From: Candidatus Latescibacterota bacterium
Lineage (GTDB): Bacteria > Latescibacterota > UBA2968
Length of the DNA: 64,000 bases
Assembly (NCBI GenBank): GCA_965204375.1
Contig: OZ241986.1
Span: 5,024,001-5,088,000, forward strand
Reading direction: 5' to 3'
This document shows, in pieces, positions 19,802 to 28,040 of the stretch (positions are counted from its first letter, which is position 1; each line of letters opens with the position of its first letter). Under the pieces are notes generated by a model. That model did no database searches. It was not told where the DNA came from and saw nothing but the letters and a program-made list of their open reading frames with translations. The position numbers and the translations under genes are program-made.

Positions 19802-21349
19802 ATGAACAAACGCAGACTGCCCATCGGCATCCAGACCTTCAGCAAAATTCGGGAGGAAAACTACTACTATGTCGATAAAACAGACCACATTCGACGGCTG
19901 CTCGACGAGGGCACGCACTACTTTTTATCGCGTCCACGTCGCTTTGGCAAAAGTCTGTTTCTGGATACGCTGAAGGAACTGTTTGAGGGCAATGAACCGC
20001 TGTTTGAGGGGCTTCATATCTACGATCATTGGGACTGGAGCGTTCGTTATCCTGTTGTGCGCTTGAGCTTTGGCAGGGGCAATTTCAAAGAAGCGGGATA
20101 CCTGCTGGCGAATGTGATGGCGCAACTGCACACCATAGCGGAAGAAGCCGGTATTGCACCGCGTTACGATACGGCGCCGGAGTGCTTTAGCGATCTGATT
20201 CGGGTATTGCATCGGCAGGCTGGGCAGCGCGTGGCTGTTCTCATTGACGAATACGACAAGCCGATCCTTGATGCTCTGGAAGTACCGGAGGTTGCACGTG
20301 CCAACCGCGATTTTCTGCGCGGTCTATACGCGACCATCAAGGATAGCGATGCTCATATCAAGTTCACATTCCTCACGGGCGTCAGTAAATTCTCCAAGGT
20401 ACATCTGTTCTCTGGTCTCAACAACCTCACAGATATTACCATTGATCCGCGATATTCCGCCTTATGCGGCTACACCGAAGAGGACCTCGACACGGTATTC
20501 GCGCCAGAACTGCCTGGTCTGGATCGAAACGAGATCCGCGACTGGTACAACGGCTATAGTTGGCTGGGCGAAGATAAGGTGTACAACCCCTTCGACATCC
20601 TCCTGCTCTTTGACAAGCGCACCTTCGGCACGTACTGGTTCGAGACTGGCACGCCCACCTTCCTCATTGAGACCCTGTTCAAACACCGTGTCAGTTCCTT
20701 GAAACTCGACGAAATGATCGGCAGTAGCGACTTGTTATCCACCTTCGATGTAGATGAAATCGCGACCGAGGCTCTGTTGTTTCAAACCGGGTATCTGACC
20801 ATTACAGGTGAGGAGAACCTCGGCGGCGAATCCCTGTACCGACTGGGTTATCCCAATCGGGAGGTGCGCCAGAGCCTCAACCGAAGCCTATTGCGCTATC
20901 TGGTAAAAGACGCCACGCGCCAGATGGCGAACAGTGTCCAACTCTACCGCCTGATAGAAGCCAATGACTTTGCCGGTCTCGAGACCTTATTCCACGCCTT
21001 CTTTGCCAGTATTCCCTACGAGTGGTACACCAACAACGACATCGCCAGTTTTGAAGGCTACTATGCCAGCGTGTTCTATTCCTATTTCGCGGGCCTGGGT
21101 CTCAATATCACCGTAGAGGATAGCAGCAGCTATGGGCGTGTGGATATGGCTGTTCACTTCAACGATAACATCTACCTGTTCGAGTTCAAGGTGGTGGAAC
21201 TGGCGTCTGAGGGCGCGGCAATGGCGCAATTGAAGGAGAAGGGATACGCGGACAAATACCGGAGTCTGGACCAGCCGATATACCTGATCGGGGTAGAGTT
21301 CAGCAAGGATACCCGCAATATAACGGCCTTTGAAGTCGCACGCGCCTGA
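19802..21349 (+). CDS. AAA-ATPase-like protein with C-terminal PD-(D/E)XK nuclease domain
   Basis: LPIGIQTF, YVDKT, SRPRRFGKSL, LIDEYDKP; GRVD...FEFK. Confidence 0.9.
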   Translation: MNKRRLPIGIQTFSKIREENYYYVDKTDHIRRLLDEGTHYFLSRPRRFGKSLFLDTLKELFEGNEPLFEGLHIYDHWDWSVRYPVVRLSFGRGNFKEAGYLLANVMAQLHTIAEEAGIAPRYDTAPECFSDLIRVLHRQAGQRVAVLIDEYDKPILDALEVPEVARANRDFLRGLYATIKDSDAHIKFTFLTGVSKFSKVHLFSGLNNLTDITIDPRYSALCGYTEEDLDTVFAPELPGLDRNEIRDWYNGYSWLGEDKVYNPFDILLLFDKRTFGTYWFETGTPTFLIETLFKHRVSSLKLDEMIGSSDLLSTFDVDEIATEALLFQTGYLTITGEENLGGESLYRLGYPNREVRQSLNRSLLRYLVKDATRQMANSVQLYRLIEANDFAGLETLFHAFFASIPYEWYTNNDIASFEGYYASVFYSYFAGLGLNITVEDSSSYGRVDMAVHFNDNIYLFEFKVVELASEGAAMAQLKEKGYADKYRSLDQPIYLIGVEFSKDTRNITAFEVARA

Positions 21350-21405
21350 ATAAATGACAGGCGCATTATTTCTATTGTGTCTTTGCGTAACAAAAGGAAT
21401 AGGAA

Positions 21406-23028
21406 ATGCGATTTGGTACCATGTTGTTGGTATTAACAGTCTCAATGATAACGCAATCGTGCAGAATTGAGTCTCCATTTTTTGTTAACATCGTTGCAAG
21501 CCAGGTAGTGTATGGCTATACTCTTGGGGAAGGACCATCTCCATTCAAACTTCAAAGCAGCATTGCACTCAGAATGCAAAACGGTTTTAAGGACACCCTC
21601 ATCATTGGAGATGATTCAGGAACCCGTCATGGAGTACGCATGAGAAATGTCATGCATAATAATGTGGGCATCCCTCTTAAGAATCTTGTGTTCTTCAGTA
21701 AATTTGGGTATATCGATTGGGATGTGGGCACCAGAGAAAATCGTGGATTACGTCTCCTTACCTCGGGGAGGTATGAAATGTTACGAAAAGCAACTCGAGT
21801 AGTGCATGTACCGAAATTCACACCGTTTGAGTCCTCACACAATGTGCCAAGAATACGAGAAAACACCATACTGTTTGTTGTGGGAGTTGGTAACATGATA
21901 GGTTCATTTAATGAAGACCGGGATATGTACAACATTAACCATGTGGTATGGAATGATAGGGGTCTTGGACCATACTACACGCCAAGAGAAAACTACAAAG
22001 ATGTCCTGGAGGCATATAATACCGGCAAAGTCATTGCAGCAACATCTGCGCTGATAACAGATGCAGGGACAGTCAAGCCGTATAAAGAGGTAGTATCCTG
22101 CGGGGATATCAAAGAATCATGTTTTACTGTACTAGAATCATTTTATACTTCCAGTGCTTCAGCTCATCTTGCCGGAATATCCTTTTATCTGGCACAGTTT
22201 TGGGAAACACCGGAAGAGATAGTTGATGTGTTGAAGTCCTGTGCAATAGATATTGGAGAACCAGGAGTTGATCGTGAATTTGGTCAAGGAGCGGTAAATC
22301 TCTGGTGTCCCAGGGTCCTGAAAAAAGAAGTGGAGATGGTTTCAGAATATCTGGGAAATACAGGAGAAAGAGGGGAAACATTGCAAGGAGGAAATCTTGA
22401 AGGTCTCTGGAGAGCTGACAGCACTACTCTGCAGGTATATATCCCAAGATCGCTAAAAGAAACCACGAGGGCTGAATATCAAGGAGGAACGGTAAATGGC
22501 ACAGTGGAGTTTGCGGGTGGTATGGCAACAGCAGATTTCACCGCAAGAGGGGTGATAAAGGCAGGATTCCTCATGCTCACTCGACCCATTGAAGCAACCG
22601 CTGAAGATGTGATTCGGTTTGAAGAGGCATACACCGTTGATCAGGAAAAGATAGCAGCTGGTGATCAATCCTTTAGCTACACAGCAACAAGAGATTCTCT
22701 GCATTTGGTGCGAACTTTCTCGCTGAATGAAGCGCTGTCCTTGTTACCAGATCCTCTGGGAAGCATGGTAGACATGGCATCACCTGATTTCTTTGCTGAT
22801 GACCCCATACAACTGAGAATGAGTTTTTTGAGAGAAAAATCTTTTCTTCTTGGTGACTTTAACGAAGACGGCAGGGTTGATACTGCTGATTTCTTACTGT
22901 TCGTTGATACCTTTGGATCATCCCGAGGAGATATATCATTTGATGAAACCATGGATCTCGTCCCTGACGGCATCATCAATGTTGCTGACTTCATCATCTT
23001 TATTGATCAATTCGGCAAAACAGCATAA
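21406..23028 (+). CDS. Divergent subtilase-like lipoprotein with C-terminal dockerin/EF-hand pair (paralog 1)
   Basis: TQSC lipobox; TSSASAHLAG; DIGEPGVDREFGQG; GDFNEDGRVDTADF...DGIINVADF. Confidence 0.6.
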   Translation: MRFGTMLLVLTVSMITQSCRIESPFFVNIVASQVVYGYTLGEGPSPFKLQSSIALRMQNGFKDTLIIGDDSGTRHGVRMRNVMHNNVGIPLKNLVFFSKFGYIDWDVGTRENRGLRLLTSGRYEMLRKATRVVHVPKFTPFESSHNVPRIRENTILFVVGVGNMIGSFNEDRDMYNINHVVWNDRGLGPYYTPRENYKDVLEAYNTGKVIAATSALITDAGTVKPYKEVVSCGDIKESCFTVLESFYTSSASAHLAGISFYLAQFWETPEEIVDVLKSCAIDIGEPGVDREFGQGAVNLWCPRVLKKEVEMVSEYLGNTGERGETLQGGNLEGLWRADSTTLQVYIPRSLKETTRAEYQGGTVNGTVEFAGGMATADFTARGVIKAGFLMLTRPIEATAEDVIRFEEAYTVDQEKIAAGDQSFSYTATRDSLHLVRTFSLNEALSLLPDPLGSMVDMASPDFFADDPIQLRMSFLREKSFLLGDFNEDGRVDTADFLLFVDTFGSSRGDISFDETMDLVPDGIINVADFIIFIDQFGKTA

Positions 23029-23061
23029 TGTTCTTTTCTTTTTTTTTCCTTTGAAGGTTCA

Positions 23062-23098
23062 TACTCACCCCCACTCTATGAGTGGGGGTTTCTTTTTT
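23062..23098 (+). terminator. Intrinsic terminator
   Basis: ACCCCCACTC-tat-GAGTGGGGGT followed by a T-rich tail. Confidence 0.75.
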
Positions 23099-23195
23099 GT
23101 GTTTTTGCAAAAACCATATCTTATGACATAATATACAGTGATACCGCAGTGTATCACTGTGGACCTTTACAATTAAAAAAGAAAGGAGTTACACC

Positions 23196-24773
23196 ATGCA
23201 TACTGCTAAGGTGTTTGCGGTACTTGCTGCAGCAATGCTGCTGCAATCCTGCAGGATTGAAATGCCTTCGTTGATTCATATTATTAGTAATTATGTACCG
23301 AATGCTCTGGAGCATCCGAATATGTATAACTTTAGTACAAGTAAAGCGGTTACACTGCAAGGTGGCTTCAAAGATACGCTCATTCTTGGTGATCCATGGG
23401 AGTGGCATGCATCGCTTATGCATAATGTGTTAACCAGGTGGCGCATTCCTGAAGAAAGTATTCTTCTCTTTGGAGATTTTGGATTTTCTGCTGGAGACGG
23501 TAATGAAGGATTACGCCTCCTCATATCAGGTGATTACGAAGAACTGCGCAAAGCGACACGCGTTGTTGCTCTGCCGATGTCTCCTCCTTTTACAGAGCCA
23601 GTGGATGTGCCGAGGGTACTGCGTACGAACACACTGTTTGCCTTAGCAGCCGATAATATGGATGATTACCATGAAGGGGATCGTGATTTCTACAACATTA
23701 ACCATGTCGCCTGGAGTCACCGCAACCCTGAAGTAGATCAGATGTTTAAGATATACTACCAGGCCATTCTGGATGTCTACAACACGGGTAAAGTCATAGC
23801 GGCAACTTCAGCGCGTGTGACTGAGGCAGGGGAGGTTAAGCCGTTTGAGCATGTCGTGCAGTGCGGAGACATTAAAGAGTCTTGTTTCACGATGATTCCA
23901 GAGCAAACCACCTCAAGCACTTCCACCCGCCTCGCCGCCATGTCCTTCTACCTTGCACAGTTCTATGCAACACCTGAGGAGATCATTGATGTTCTCAAAG
24001 AATGTGCGATAGATGTCGGAGAACCCGGAGTAGACAGAGAATACGGCAGAGGTGTCGTAAATCTTCTGTGTCCCCGTGTACTGCACAAAGAGTTAGAGAT
24101 TGTCGGAAAGCACCTGGAACGAGAAGCAACAAAGGAAATGTTCACAGGAGGAGATCTTGTCGGCACCTGGGAAGCAAAAGAAACAGACCTGCAGGTACAT
24201 ATACCTCAGGTACTCAGAGAAACTGTGGAGACCACGTATACAGGTACCGTCACCGGTACGCTTGCGTTTACAGAGGAAACAGTGCAAGCAGACATCAGTC
24301 TGCAGGCATCCATTGCCGCTCACTTCCTTCTTCCCCTCAAAGCGAAAGCAGAAGATGTGATTAAAACAGAAGGCATCTACACCACTGAAGACCATCAGGT
24401 TACTTTTCCGGAGGGAAGAGTATTCACCTACCATGCGACCGATGATTCTCTCTCGTTAACCCGGCACCTCTCTTTAACTGATATCCTCCGTCTTCTTCCA
24501 GGACACTTCGGTTCCATGGCAGAGCAGCACGGAAAAGAGTTACTCAGTGATCCTGTGGCAATCACCTTGCGTTTCAGGAAAGCACGAATACCCGGTGACT
24601 TTGACAACAATGAGGTTATCGACTTCGCCGACTTCCTCCTCTTCATTCAGGCATTCGGATCTGTTCGGGGAGATGCAGTGTTTAACGAAAGAATGGATTT
24701 GGTGCCTGACGATATGATTAACTTTGCCGATTTCATCATATTTATTGAAAATTTCGGGAATTATGTAGGATAG
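23196..24773 (+). CDS. Divergent subtilase-like lipoprotein with C-terminal dockerin/EF-hand pair (paralog 2)
   Basis: LQSC lipobox; TSSTSTRLAA; DVGEPGVDREYGRG; GDFDNNEVIDFADF; collinear with paralog 1. Confidence 0.6.
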   Translation: MHTAKVFAVLAAAMLLQSCRIEMPSLIHIISNYVPNALEHPNMYNFSTSKAVTLQGGFKDTLILGDPWEWHASLMHNVLTRWRIPEESILLFGDFGFSAGDGNEGLRLLISGDYEELRKATRVVALPMSPPFTEPVDVPRVLRTNTLFALAADNMDDYHEGDRDFYNINHVAWSHRNPEVDQMFKIYYQAILDVYNTGKVIAATSARVTEAGEVKPFEHVVQCGDIKESCFTMIPEQTTSSTSTRLAAMSFYLAQFYATPEEIIDVLKECAIDVGEPGVDREYGRGVVNLLCPRVLHKELEIVGKHLEREATKEMFTGGDLVGTWEAKETDLQVHIPQVLRETVETTYTGTVTGTLAFTEETVQADISLQASIAAHFLLPLKAKAEDVIKTEGIYTTEDHQVTFPEGRVFTYHATDDSLSLTRHLSLTDILRLLPGHFGSMAEQHGKELLSDPVAITLRFRKARIPGDFDNNEVIDFADFLLFIQAFGSVRGDAVFNERMDLVPDDMINFADFIIFIENFGNYVG

Positions 24774-24798
24774 TGACCAAAGGAAAAACTAAAAACCA

Positions 24799-24836
24799 TT
24801 GACATTACTGTCCTATTGTTGTATTGTGTATATAAT
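24799..24836 (+). promoter_or_regulatory. Sigma70-type promoter of the RNA-NYN unit
   Basis: TTGACA (24799-24804), 17 bp, TATTGT; additional TATAAT at 24831-24836. Confidence 0.65.
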
Positions 24837-24846
24837 GTTGAATAAA

Positions 24847-24922
24847 AAATAATTTACCACCCCTGTTGCTTCGGGAGCAGGGCGCGAAGCCGTATAGATT
24901 TTCTATACGGCTTCTGCTTTTT
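24847..24922 (+). ncRNA. Two-hairpin leader RNA (cUUCGg hairpin plus terminator-like hairpin), putative antitoxin RNA
   Basis: CCCTGTT-G-C(TTCG)G-G-AGCAGGG, then GAAGCCGTATAG/CTATACGGCTTC and TGCTTTTT; duplicated at 4701-4770. Confidence 0.65.
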
Positions 24923-24932
24923 AGGAGATTTG

Positions 24933-25592
24933 ATGAAAACCTATATTTATATTGATGGGCTTAATTTATATTATAGAGCCGTGCGAGGGACGCCTTATAA
25001 GTGGTTAGATATAGCTACATTATTTCAAACAATGTATCCCCACAACAACATTTGTAAAATCAAATACTTTACTTCAATTGTAAAATCGCGCCCTGATGAT
25101 CCAGGGAAACCAGGACGCCAACAGATGTTCTTGCGGGCTTTAAGAACTTTTCCACATATTGAAATCATTGAAGGAAAATTTCAGATGAACAAAGCCAGAA
25201 TGCGATTGGTTTCGCCAGACCCTAATGGCCCTAATACCGCAGAAGTTTGGAAAACAGAAGAAAAAGGATCAGATGTCAACATAGCTGTCCATTTATTAAA
25301 CGATGCTCATAGTAAAAATTTTGATGTTGCTGTTCTTGTATCAAATGATTCTGATTTCGCCGAGGCTATACGAATTGTAACCCAAGATTTAAACTTGCAG
25401 GTAAGCGTGGTATCTCCTACTGGCGCAATCAATCCTAATACAGGTGATCGAGAACCAGCCAGAACTTCAAGAACCCTTCAACAATATGCTTCATCTGTAC
25501 GTCGAATTCGGTCGGGTATTCTCGCAAGCAGTCAGCTTCCTAATGTATTGACTGACTCTAAAGGGACTTTTCGCAAACCACCGGAATGGTAA
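24933..25592 (+). CDS. NYN domain (LabA/DUF88, PIN-fold) ribonuclease
   Basis: YIDGLNLYY, EEKGSDVNIA and VSNDSDF acidic residues intact; AGGAG RBS. Confidence 0.9.
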   Translation: MKTYIYIDGLNLYYRAVRGTPYKWLDIATLFQTMYPHNNICKIKYFTSIVKSRPDDPGKPGRQQMFLRALRTFPHIEIIEGKFQMNKARMRLVSPDPNGPNTAEVWKTEEKGSDVNIAVHLLNDAHSKNFDVAVLVSNDSDFAEAIRIVTQDLNLQVSVVSPTGAINPNTGDREPARTSRTLQQYASSVRRIRSGILASSQLPNVLTDSKGTFRKPPEW

Positions 25593-25777
25593 TAAAACCA
25601 CAAACCTTTGGTCACTATCCTACATAACTCCCCAATATAACTACCTTTGAGGTCATATCTGCGTAACTCGCCTGGTGTTCATCCAGGCACCACAACTACC
25701 TTCCTGCATGCCCTGTGTTCTTCAGGGCATTTTTTGTGTACTTTTTCCAATAATCCCCCTATTTCATTCCAATCCCA

Positions 25778-25816
25778 ACTGTTTCATTTGAAACACTTAC
25801 TGTGTCATTTGAAACA
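25778..25816. promoter_or_regulatory. Tandem palindromic operator pair (21-bp period)
   Basis: ACTGTTTCATTTGAAACA and ACTGTGTCATTTGAAACA. Confidence 0.55.
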
Positions 25817-25961
25817 GTTGGCCGCATGCTCAATTTTCGGCATTTTCTAAAAATGCGCTCTCCTGCAAGCAGTTACGGATTTTTCGGGTTTTTGGCACGC
25901 TTTTTGCGCTATATAAAGGACACGAAGTTTCAATTTCAAACCATACAGGAGGGCGTTTCTC

Positions 25962-26807
25962 ATGATACACCAGTCCGTAGAACGCAAAGAAAAACTCCAT
26001 CTGCTTAAAGAAAACCTATCAAAACGCATCGACACCCTGCTCATCGGTCCAATCGGCATAGGCAAAAGCCATCTCCTCGCGCAAGTCGATGCAGACCATG
26101 TACTCAAAGTAAAAACCCTATCCCCAATAAAAGAAGCCCTCATAAATATTGCGGAAGAACTTCACAAAAGTGGAAAACTTTATCCGCATATTGAGGACTT
26201 TGAAAAAATCAAAAAACGACACACCCGCGAAACCATTCAAGCATGGACAGACATAGTACTCGACTCAGTGACAAAAAACGAATGCGTATTAATCGTAGAT
26301 GACTTATCCGACATAACGCCCTCTGTCGGGCGACTAATCGACAAACTCAACCGCAAATACATCATCATAGCCGCCCTGCGCGAAATCAAAAAAACGTACG
26401 AAAAACACTTCTGGAAATTCGACCGCATAGAAATAGAACCCTTATCCACCCCCGAAGCAAAAAACCTGATCTGGCAATGTACTGCTGGCGCCGACATAGA
26501 AGATTACCACATGACCGAAACATCCATATTACAACAAAGTGCTGGCAACCCGCGCGCCATCATCGAAATCGTCGAAAGACTCCGCAAAGAACCCGCCGTA
26601 ACCCGATCCGTCGTGCAACATGTATCTCACACAGGCGCCCGAAACCAGATTGACCTCACCTTCATAGTCGTCCTCCTCTTACTCGCAGTCGTCGCAGCGC
26701 GATTCTTCATGCGTGGCATCGGGAGCATGGAAGGCTATGTGCTCGCTGGCATCGGCAGCGCGATCCTCGTAGGCATTCGATTCTTCATGTACAGGTTCAA
26801 ACGATGA
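25962..26807 (+). CDS. P-loop ATPase with C-terminal TM hairpin
   Basis: GPIGIGKS (Walker A), LIVDDL (Walker B), SAGNPRAI, two C-terminal TMs. Confidence 0.75.
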   Translation: MIHQSVERKEKLHLLKENLSKRIDTLLIGPIGIGKSHLLAQVDADHVLKVKTLSPIKEALINIAEELHKSGKLYPHIEDFEKIKKRHTRETIQAWTDIVLDSVTKNECVLIVDDLSDITPSVGRLIDKLNRKYIIIAALREIKKTYEKHFWKFDRIEIEPLSTPEAKNLIWQCTAGADIEDYHMTETSILQQSAGNPRAIIEIVERLRKEPAVTRSVVQHVSHTGARNQIDLTFIVVLLLLAVVAARFFMRGIGSMEGYVLAGIGSAILVGIRFFMYRFKR

Positions 26808-27985
26808 CCGCACCGACACACATAGCATTTGGACTGCTCACCGTGGCGGGATCCTTTTCGTTCTTCTCCATGCCCCTTCACCGCAACCTCCCCGCTGTCG
26901 CCTGCGCCATCATAGGAAGCGTGCTCCCGGATATAGATTCGCCAAAGAGCTATATCGGTCGCGTGCTCCCTTATGCATCCATCCCCATTGAGAGGCAATG
27001 GGGACACCGCACAATCACACACTCGCTACCTTGCCTGATCGCCCTATCGGTTATGATCTGGCCCCTGCTCATTTGGCAAACCCCGTGCTATGCGGCCCTA
27101 CTCCTGGGCTATATGAGTCATTTAATCGCCGATTGCGCCACCAGGAGCGGCGTACCCCTATTTTATCCCCATTCAGCGGCCTGTGTCTTCCCCGGCAGCG
27201 CGAAATACAGAATCAAAACCGGATCTGTGGGAGAACGCTACCTGTTAATCGGGCTCGTATTCATGCTCCTGATATTCCTGCCCATATTGCACATGGGAGG
27301 CATCTGGAAATCATTCAGATACCTCATGGCCACGCCCTCTGCTGCATACGCAGATTACCGACAAGCCGACACAGAAACCATCTTAACCTTTGAAGGACGC
27401 TGGCGACACACGCGGGAGCACGTACGCGGAGAAGGTGTGATCCTCGATGCCAGATCCACCATGTTCTGGATCGTAGTCAAAGGACAGGTTCAAACATGCG
27501 GAGAACACGGCGCCATCTTACCGGGCAAAGTGCGCGTGCGCGAAACAGATCGCCCCGTACAAATACAGACGCTCCAGTTGAAAAACGAAACATGGGAGCA
27601 ACTGGTAAATCAGATCCCCAAAAACAGTTTTGTATCTGGACAACTCAAAGCAACTGAAACATTCTCCCCCAGGCGCGAAACTCCCAATGCCATCACCGTC
27701 ACCTCCCGGTCATTGAAATTTCAATTTGCCCGAAAAGGGGACATCACGCGGCTTCAGCCCGTCTCTCAAAATTTATCAGAACGCGTAAAAAATCTATCAG
27801 AGGAAATATTGAGAATTTGTGAAAAACTGGAAATCGCAAAAATGGCTTATCCGCCAGTTCACTACCTCGAACTGAGTCGAATGGAACAAGAAATTACAGA
27901 AAAAAGAAAAAAAATCGAAAAACTGAAACGCGCCCAGGTACGATTCAGTGGCACATTACACATTCGCATACCGGGAGAGACATAA
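26804..27985 (+). CDS. Membrane metal-dependent hydrolase (YdjM-like) with extended C-terminus
   Basis: TH, GSVLPDID, GHRTITHS, SHLIAD..T.SG motifs; ATGA overlap with the ATPase. Confidence 0.85.
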   Translation: MTAPTHIAFGLLTVAGSFSFFSMPLHRNLPAVACAIIGSVLPDIDSPKSYIGRVLPYASIPIERQWGHRTITHSLPCLIALSVMIWPLLIWQTPCYAALLLGYMSHLIADCATRSGVPLFYPHSAACVFPGSAKYRIKTGSVGERYLLIGLVFMLLIFLPILHMGGIWKSFRYLMATPSAAYADYRQADTETILTFEGRWRHTREHVRGEGVILDARSTMFWIVVKGQVQTCGEHGAILPGKVRVRETDRPVQIQTLQLKNETWEQLVNQIPKNSFVSGQLKATETFSPRRETPNAITVTSRSLKFQFARKGDITRLQPVSQNLSERVKNLSEEILRICEKLEIAKMAYPPVHYLELSRMEQEITEKRKKIEKLKRAQVRFSGTLHIRIPGET

Positions 27986-28040
27986 TGCGCGAAAAATGCA
28001 GAACATCCCCTATTCGCTCGCGCAACGGCGACAAATGTTT

